This document shows positions 18,024 through 22,920 of a stretch of DNA of 22,920 nucleotides, in pieces; the first letter of the stretch is position 1, and the number at the start of each line of letters is the position of its first letter. Location: IMG/VR virus record IMGVR_UViG_2859777919_000008; one strand, given 5' to 3'. The position numbers and the translations under genes were made by a program. The stretch is from a virus. Its lineage: Duplodnaviria; Heunggongvirae; Uroviricota; Caudoviricetes. Below the pieces are notes generated by a model. It was given only the letters and a program-made list of their open reading frames with translations. It had not been told where the DNA came from and did not search any database.

Positions 18024-18770
18024 ATGAAAAATATTGCGACAGGCGGCGTTCTGGAACGCATCCGCCGACTGACCCCGCCACATGTAACCGCCCCATTCAG
18101 AACGGTAGCGGAGTGGCGCGAGTGGCAACTTGCTGAAGGCCAGAAACGTAGCGAGGAGATCAACCGCCTGAATCGCCAGTTGCGGGTGGAAAAAATTCTG
18201 AATCGCTCAGGCATCCAGCCGTTGCACCGTAAATGCTCGTTTGCGAATTACCAGGTGCAGAACGACGGCCAGCGATACGCGTTAAGCCAGGCGAAATCCA
18301 TCGCCGATGAACTGATGACCGGGTGTACAAATTTTGCGTTCAGCGGAAAACCTGGTACCGGGAAGAATCACTTAGCGGCAGCTATCGGGAATCGCCTGCT
18401 GAAAGACGGTCAGACAGTGATTGTGGTTACCGTGGCTGATGTTATGAGCGCCCTGCACGCCAGCTATGACGACGGGCAGTCAGGCGAAAAATTTTTGCGG
18501 GAGCTGTGCGAAGTGGATCTGCTGGTTCTTGATGAAATTGGCATTCAGCGCGAGACGAAAAACGAGCAGGTGGTGCTGCACCAGATTGTTGATCGCCGGA
18601 CAGCGTCGATGCGCAGCGTGGGGATGCTGACAAACCTGAACTATGAGGTGATGAAAACATTGCTCGGCGAGCGGGTGATGGATCGCATGGTCATGAACGG
18701 CGGGCGCTGGGTGAATTTTAACTGGGAGAGCTGGCGTCCGAATGTTAGCCATTCGAGGGTTGTTAAGTAG
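18024..18770 (+). CDS. dnaC: DnaC-like replicative helicase loader (AAA+)
   Basis: 248 aa; ...SFANYQVQNDGQRYALSQAKS...NFAFSGKPGTGKNHLAAAIGNRLL...VDLLVLDEIGIQ...IVDRR...MLTNLNYEVMKTLLGERVMDRM... aligns along its length with E. coli DnaC (Walker A GKPGTGKNHLA, Walker B LLVLDE). Confidence 0.9.
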   Translation: MKNIATGGVLERIRRLTPPHVTAPFRTVAEWREWQLAEGQKRSEEINRLNRQLRVEKILNRSGIQPLHRKCSFANYQVQNDGQRYALSQAKSIADELMTGCTNFAFSGKPGTGKNHLAAAIGNRLLKDGQTVIVVTVADVMSALHASYDDGQSGEKFLRELCEVDLLVLDEIGIQRETKNEQVVLHQIVDRRTASMRSVGMLTNLNYEVMKTLLGERVMDRMVMNGGRWVNFNWESWRPNVSHSRVVK

Positions 18771-18784
18771 TTTCAGGAGGATTT

Positions 18785-19207
18785 ATGGCGAAACCTTTTA
18801 CTCCCGAACAGCGGGAAGAACTGAAGACGCGAATTGTGGAACTCGTGCATCAGGACGGTCGGGTCACGATTCGGCAGTTGTCAGATGAAACAGGTATCAG
18901 TCGTGCGTCTGTCGGTCGCTTATGCATAGAACTGGTCGCAAGTGGTGATGTATATAATTCTGGCTACGGCTTATTCCCGTCTGAACAGGCTCGCAAGGAC
19001 TGGCAAAGCGCCCGCAAAAAACTCTCGAGAGTAAAGGTGAGGAAACCGGTTGTTGTTGATCCGGACCTTATCTGGTCATTACCTGACGGAGAAATACGCC
19101 GCTACGACAGGCGCCTGAATATAATCTGTCGCGAGTGCCGGAAGAGCGAAGCTATGCAGCGTGTACTGGCTTTCTATCAGGGTAATTTTCAGGAGGCGAT
19201 ACTGTGA
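18785..19207 (+). CDS. hypothetical prophage protein with predicted winged-helix DNA-binding N-terminus
   Basis: 140 aa ORF with good coding character; N-terminal HTH-like segment (VTIRQLSDETGISRASVGRLCIELVASGDV). Confidence 0.45.
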   Translation: MAKPFTPEQREELKTRIVELVHQDGRVTIRQLSDETGISRASVGRLCIELVASGDVYNSGYGLFPSEQARKDWQSARKKLSRVKVRKPVVVDPDLIWSLPDGEIRRYDRRLNIICRECRKSEAMQRVLAFYQGNFQEAIL

Positions 19208-19264
19208 ATGAAATTAGCTATCAGGCTTCAATTACCGCTGGCATTCGCATCAAAGGAGAGGAGC

Positions 19265-19621
19265 ATGGAAATAAAACCAGAAGATGAGTTAAGCAATATC
19301 GTTTTATTTCCGGTAAAAGAGGATGACCCTCGTAATCAGGTTAATTTTCTTTATGAGCCATCGGAAAGACCATATTGCCATCACGCCTCTGTACGGGTTG
19401 ACGAAAAAGAGCGTCAGGTCCGCTGTAAAATCTGCGGTGCGGTTGTGGAGCCGTTTGACTGGATGCTCTCTGTGGCAAAAAGAGAAACCAGACTGGCAGA
19501 TGATGTAAGGCTATTGCGCCAGGAGGAACAGGAAAGGCGGAGAAATATAGAAAAGCTGATACAGATTGAGCGTAACGCGAAAGCGCGGATACGCAGGGCG
19601 ACAAAATCCAGAACTGAATAA
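19265..19621 (+). CDS. hypothetical prophage protein with zinc-ribbon-like Cys/His motif
   Basis: ORF 19208-19621; the internal start at 19265 (MEIKPEDEL...) has a strong SD (aaaggagaggagc). Contains CHH...CKIC and a basic/coiled C-terminus. Confidence 0.45.
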   Translation: MEIKPEDELSNIVLFPVKEDDPRNQVNFLYEPSERPYCHHASVRVDEKERQVRCKICGAVVEPFDWMLSVAKRETRLADDVRLLRQEEQERRRNIEKLIQIERNAKARIRRATKSRTE

Positions 19622-19768
19622 TTAAATTTAGCACTGTTAAAAATTTAATCCTTAACCGGAGGGATTTCTGCACCCTCAAATCATCAGGAGACCACCCGAA
19701 AGGGCGGGGAGCAGTCACACATCTGTTTCCGATAGCCCCGTTCTAATGCTACACTCTTTGATATTTTT

Positions 19769-20455
19769 ATGACCCCAATAAACATATTTATGACAGTTGC
19801 TGATTTCAAACGGCCCAAATTGGAGCTCCCAAACGGGGCAAACAAACTACTACTGCACTCTTGCTGTGCTCCATGTTCCGGTGAGGTGATGGAGGCGCTT
19901 CAGGCCTCGGGAATCGACTACACCATCTTTTTCTACAACCCGAACATTCATCCTCAGAAAGAGTATTTAATTCGTAAGGATGAGAATATTCGCTTTGCTG
20001 AACAACACGGCGTGCCGTTTATTGATGCTGATTACGACACAGACAACTGGTTTGAACGAGCCAAAGGAATGGAATGGGAGCCCGAACGAGGGATCCGTTG
20101 CACCATGTGTTTTGACATGCGTTTTGAGCGGACAGCGCTGTACGCCGCTGAAAATGGTTTCAGTGTGATCAGCAGTTCACTGGGCATTTCACGCTGGAAA
20201 AATATGCAGCAGGTTAACGACTGTGGGCGGCGAGCCGTCGCGCATTATCCGGGCATGGTGTACTGGGATTATAACTGGCGCAAGCAGGGCGGCTCGTCCC
20301 GTATGATTGAAATCAGCAAGCGCGAAAAATTCTATCAGCAGGAATATTGTGGCTGTGTGTATTCTCTGCGCGATACCAATCTACACCGCAAATCTCAGGG
20401 ACGCCCTCTTATCAAAATTGGTCAACTCCACTACGGTAAAGAAGAGAAGGAGTGA
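19769..20455 (+). CDS. queH: QueH-like epoxyqueuosine reductase (DUF208 family, Fe-S)
   Basis: 228 aa; family-like motifs [38 protein letters not shown] and [11 protein letters not shown] (QueH cluster-binding Cys signature). Start may be the internal Met at 19790. Confidence 0.7.
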   Translation: MTPINIFMTVADFKRPKLELPNGANKLLLHSCCAPCSGEVMEALQASGIDYTIFFYNPNIHPQKEYLIRKDENIRFAEQHGVPFIDADYDTDNWFERAKGMEWEPERGIRCTMCFDMRFERTALYAAENGFSVISSSLGISRWKNMQQVNDCGRRAVAHYPGMVYWDYNWRKQGGSSRMIEISKREKFYQQEYCGCVYSLRDTNLHRKSQGRPLIKIGQLHYGKEEKE

Positions 20456-20476
20456 TTTTATGGGGCACCTTTCTGA

Positions 20477-20506
20477 TTGATTTCATATTGGCGAGGTAAG
20501 TAGAAT
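20477..20506 (+). promoter_or_regulatory. putative sigma70 promoter of the hok mRNA
   Basis: -35 ttgatt (20477-20482), 18-bp spacer, -10 tagaat (20501-20506); the predicted start about 20511-20513 coincides with the 5-prime element that pairs with the mRNA 3-prime end. Confidence 0.4.
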
Positions 20507-20682
20507 GACTGCGGGTGCTTGAGGCTATCTGCTTCAGGCATGAACACCAAAAGGCAGATAGAGAAAAGCCCCAGTTAACATTACGCGTCCGGCAAGACGC
20601 TTAACATTAATCTGAGGCCAATTTCATGCTTTGCACATGTAGGTTAGCCTCTTACATGCCGAAAGGCAAGGAGAAGCAGGCT

Positions 20683-20838
20683 ATGAAGCAGCAAAAGGCG
20701 ATGTTAATCGCCCTGATCGTCATCTGTTTAACCGTCATAGTGACGGCACTGGTAACGAGGAAAGACCTCTGTGAGGTACGAATCCGAACCGGCCAGACGG
20801 AGGTCGCTGTCTTCGTAGACTACGAATCCAGGAAGTAA
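20683..20838 (+). CDS. hok: Hok/Gef-family type I toxin (membrane-depolarising peptide)
   Basis: MKQQKAMLIALIVICLTVIVTALVTRKDLCEVRIRTGQTEVAVFVDYESRK (51 aa) is nearly identical over most of its length to E. coli HokD/RelF and HokC/Gef; the ORF track starts 19 codons earlier in the same frame. Confidence 0.85.
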   Translation: MKQQKAMLIALIVICLTVIVTALVTRKDLCEVRIRTGQTEVAVFVDYESRK

Positions 20839-20915
20839 GAGTGACCGGGCGGGGAGCTGATCCCATCCCCGCCCACCTCTGATGTGTCAGGCATCCTCAA
20901 CGCACCCGCACTTAA

Positions 20916-20958
20916 CCCGCCCATCGCTGTGATCTCTCAGCGTTTCGGCGGGTTTTTT
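20916..20958 (+). terminator. rho-independent terminator of the hok transcript
   Basis: Stem cccgcc (20916-20921) / ggcggg (20947-20952) enclosing an inner hairpin cgctg/cagcg, followed by tttttt (20953-20958). Confidence 0.5.
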
Positions 20959-21087
20959 GTTGTTTATTTCCGGTGAATTTGATTCGCGCACCTTCGCAGA
21001 TAGAATCGACTCACTTAAGTAGCGCGCAGGGAGAAGAGGGATGGACCCCGAACAGGGGAGAGCTATTTATCTGGAAGGATTCTGAAG

Positions 21088-21375
21088 ATGAAAATCGAAG
21101 AATTGCGTGAAATTTTTAGTGAAAATGGCCTCTATGCTGTGCGCGTTGAGAATGGAGCGATTGTCAGCCATTGCCGCATTAGATGTTTGCAATCTCAACA
21201 AAGGAAGAGCGGTGCTGTGTTATTTTATTTTTGTAATGGACTTCTGACGGACGGTTTTATTTTGCGTGAGGACGAATTTGTCACATCATTACGGGTTTTG
21301 AAAGAGATTGGTTTTAAGGCTGGTTTTCTGCTTTTGCTGAAGAATAAACTCATCTACAATCTTGAGCAGGATTGA
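21088..21375 (+). CDS. hypothetical small prophage protein
   Basis: 95 aa ORF, AT-rich, overlapping the next ORF start by 4 nt (atga); no recognisable motif. Confidence 0.35.
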   Translation: MKIEELREIFSENGLYAVRVENGAIVSHCRIRCLQSQQRKSGAVLFYFCNGLLTDGFILREDEFVTSLRVLKEIGFKAGFLLLLKNKLIYNLEQD

Positions 21376-21720
21376 ACTCCTGCTGTGTAACACCGTGCCA
21401 CCGGAGAAAGCCGATGGCACATATACAACTGGTCAAACAAACCTCTTCCGGATTACTTCTCCCGGCGACGCCGGAGAGTTGCGATTTTCTGCATCAAATC
21501 AAAATAGGTGAGTGGATACACGCAGACTTTAAGCGTGTGTGTAACTACGCATTCCACAAGCGTTTTTTCAAACTCCTGCAACTGGGTTTCGATTACTGGA
21601 CTCCGGTCGGTGGGGCGATCACGCCTCGCGAACGAAAACTGGTGTCCGGTTTCGTTGATTACCTGTGTGAATCAGTAGGCCGGGAACATACGCCAGCTCT
21701 GAGCGAAGCCGCAGAGCAAT
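21372..21720 (+). pseudogene. hypothetical prophage protein, 3-prime end interrupted by IS600
   Basis: ORF 21372-21767; the native sequence (probable start MAHIQLVKQ... at 21414) ends at ...SEAAEQL where the IS600 end (tgaggtgtactggc, 21721) begins; the last residues of the called ORF are IS-derived. Confidence 0.45.
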
Positions 21721-21763
21721 TGAGGTGTACTGGCAATAGCGGACACTACCATTTGTTCTTTTT

Positions 21764-22582
21764 TTAAGCAGCCATCTGATGATATTTTTCCCTGAAGGCT
21801 GCCGGGGAGATATTCCCCAGACGAGAGTGACGACGCTGACGATTGTAGAAAATCTCAATGTATTCCCGTATTACTGAGATGGCTTCATCCCGGTTATTAA
21901 AACGATAGTGGCTCAGGCTCTCATTTTTCAGCGTTCCCCAGAAGCTTTCCATCGGAGCGTTGTCGTAACAGTTACCTTTACGCGACATTGATGTTTTCAG
22001 ACCAGACTGCTCCTGTATGACCCGGTAATCGTATGCGCAGTACTGTGAACCTCGATCAGAGTGGTGGATTAGCCCGGCAGGTGGGCGCTGGCTCCTGAGC
22101 GCCATAAACAGGGCTTTACCTGTCAGCTCTTTTGTCATGCGCTCTCCCATGGCGTAGCCGACAATTTCGCACGTATAAACATCTTTGATGCCAGCGAGGT
22201 ACAACCATCCCTCCTGTGTGGCAACATACGTCAGGTCCGCCACCCAGACCTGATTTGGTGCTGTAGGAGCGAACGTCTGGTTCAGCAGATTTGGCGCAAC
22301 TGGCAGATTGTGGTTCGAGTTCGTAGTCGCTCTGAACTTGCGTTTCTGCTTACAGCGTAGCCTTAGCTCCTTACGAAGACGTGCCAGTCGGTCACGACCA
22401 ACGATGATGCCATTCTCTGCCAGCTCCGTCTGGAGCCGCCGGGTTCCATATGTTTCGCGAGTGCGGATATGTGCCACCTTAATCTCCAGTTTTAGCCGCT
22501 CATCACTTTGTTTTCTGTCTGAGGGTTCATGCTGTACCCAGTTGTAATAACCGCTCCTGGATACACCAAATACCTGACACAT
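21764..22582 (-). CDS. IS600 OrfB (DDE transposase)
   Basis: 272 aa, identical in protein sequence to the OrfB of the copy at 16120-16938. Confidence 0.9.
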   Translation of the reverse strand: MCQVFGVSRSGYYNWVQHEPSDRKQSDERLKLEIKVAHIRTRETYGTRRLQTELAENGIIVGRDRLARLRKELRLRCKQKRKFRATTNSNHNLPVAPNLLNQTFAPTAPNQVWVADLTYVATQEGWLYLAGIKDVYTCEIVGYAMGERMTKELTGKALFMALRSQRPPAGLIHHSDRGSQYCAYDYRVIQEQSGLKTSMSRKGNCYDNAPMESFWGTLKNESLSHYRFNNRDEAISVIREYIEIFYNRQRRHSRLGNISPAAFREKYHQMAA

Positions 22583-22617
22583 CGCTTCAATGGGAAATTG
22601 TTGTCGCCATTGTTCGA

Positions 22618-22920
22618 TTAACGCGTATTTTTCAGCGACTCCTGTGCAAAATACGCTGTTGCTTTTTTTAATATATCTCGCTCAAGGCGAGCTTCATTTA
22701 ACGCCTTACGCAGTTGCAGAATTTCAGATTCCAGTTCAGCCACCGTGCGGGAACCAGGAGTACCGAGCCCTTTTCTGGCGGCGGTAACCCATTGTCCTAA
22801 AGTGCCTTCAGGAAGAGATAATCGGGAAGCGCCTTCACTGATCGAAAGTTGATTTTCAGGAACCGTTCTGACAGCTTCGGCTTTGAACTCTTTAGAGTAA
22901 CGTTGGGTTTTTCTGCTCAT
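22618..22920 (-). CDS. IS600 OrfA
   Basis: 100 aa; differs from the other two copies by one residue (VRTVPENQ vs VRTVLENQ; plus-strand cagg vs caag near 22857). Confidence 0.85.
   Translation of the reverse strand: MSRKTQRYSKEFKAEAVRTVPENQLSISEGASRLSLPEGTLGQWVTAARKGLGTPGSRTVAELESEILQLRKALNEARLERDILKKATAYFAQESLKNTR

Larger units (their letters stand above)
21721..22920 (-). mobile_element. IS600, third copy, truncated by the window edge (first 1200 of 1264 bp)
   Basis: Begins tgaggtgtactggcaatagcggacac at 21721 and matches the complete copy at 16077-17276 through the window end; same orientation as the other two copies. Confidence 0.95.

Noticed and set aside
17634-18214. Two overlapping minus-strand ORFs (164 aa and 118 aa)
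   Set aside because: Antisense to the well-supported DnaT-like and DnaC-like genes.
20626-20682. Possible mok-like upstream reading frame of the hok locus
   Set aside because: The upstream Met codons are in the same frame as hok, so this is just an N-terminal extension of the ORF call, not a separate overlapping mok frame.

Overview
This 22.9 kb window reads as a decayed, rearranged lambdoid prophage of the DicA/Qin type from an Enterobacteriaceae genome (E. coli/Shigella-like), heavily invaded by insertion sequences. All calls rest on reading the ORF translations and the DNA by eye; no database search or folding was run. Layout: (1) 1-407, AT-rich flank with a DNA-invertase N-terminal remnant; (2) 408-1174, IS1 with a frameshifted insB; (3) 1190-7142 on the minus strand, a phage packaging/head module (small and large terminase, a portal carrying two in-frame TAG codons, head morphogenesis and head proteins) cut short at IS1; (4) 7337-7849, a DedA-like membrane protein gene; (5) 7938-10453 on the minus strand, a lysis cassette (holin, endolysin, Rz/Rz1) with IS2 inserted in the holin 3-prime end, flanked by a CTTAC duplication; (6) about 10478-11910, an IS110-family element with a frameshifted recombinase and a structured GC-rich leader that is a candidate bridge (guide) RNA; (7) 12451-14404, IS911 abutting a truncated IS600; (8) 14417-15892, a dicA/dicC-type immunity region; (9) 15970-21720 on the plus strand, an early region (replication protein split by a complete IS600, DnaT-like and DnaC-like genes, a QueH-like gene, a hok-type toxin locus); (10) 21721-22920, a third IS600 copy running off the window. 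The most interesting items are the IS110-family element with its leader RNA and split promoter halves, the prophage-borne QueH homolog, the triple palindrome array around the replication gene, and the portal gene with two amber codons. No CRISPR array, tRNA or rRNA was seen.
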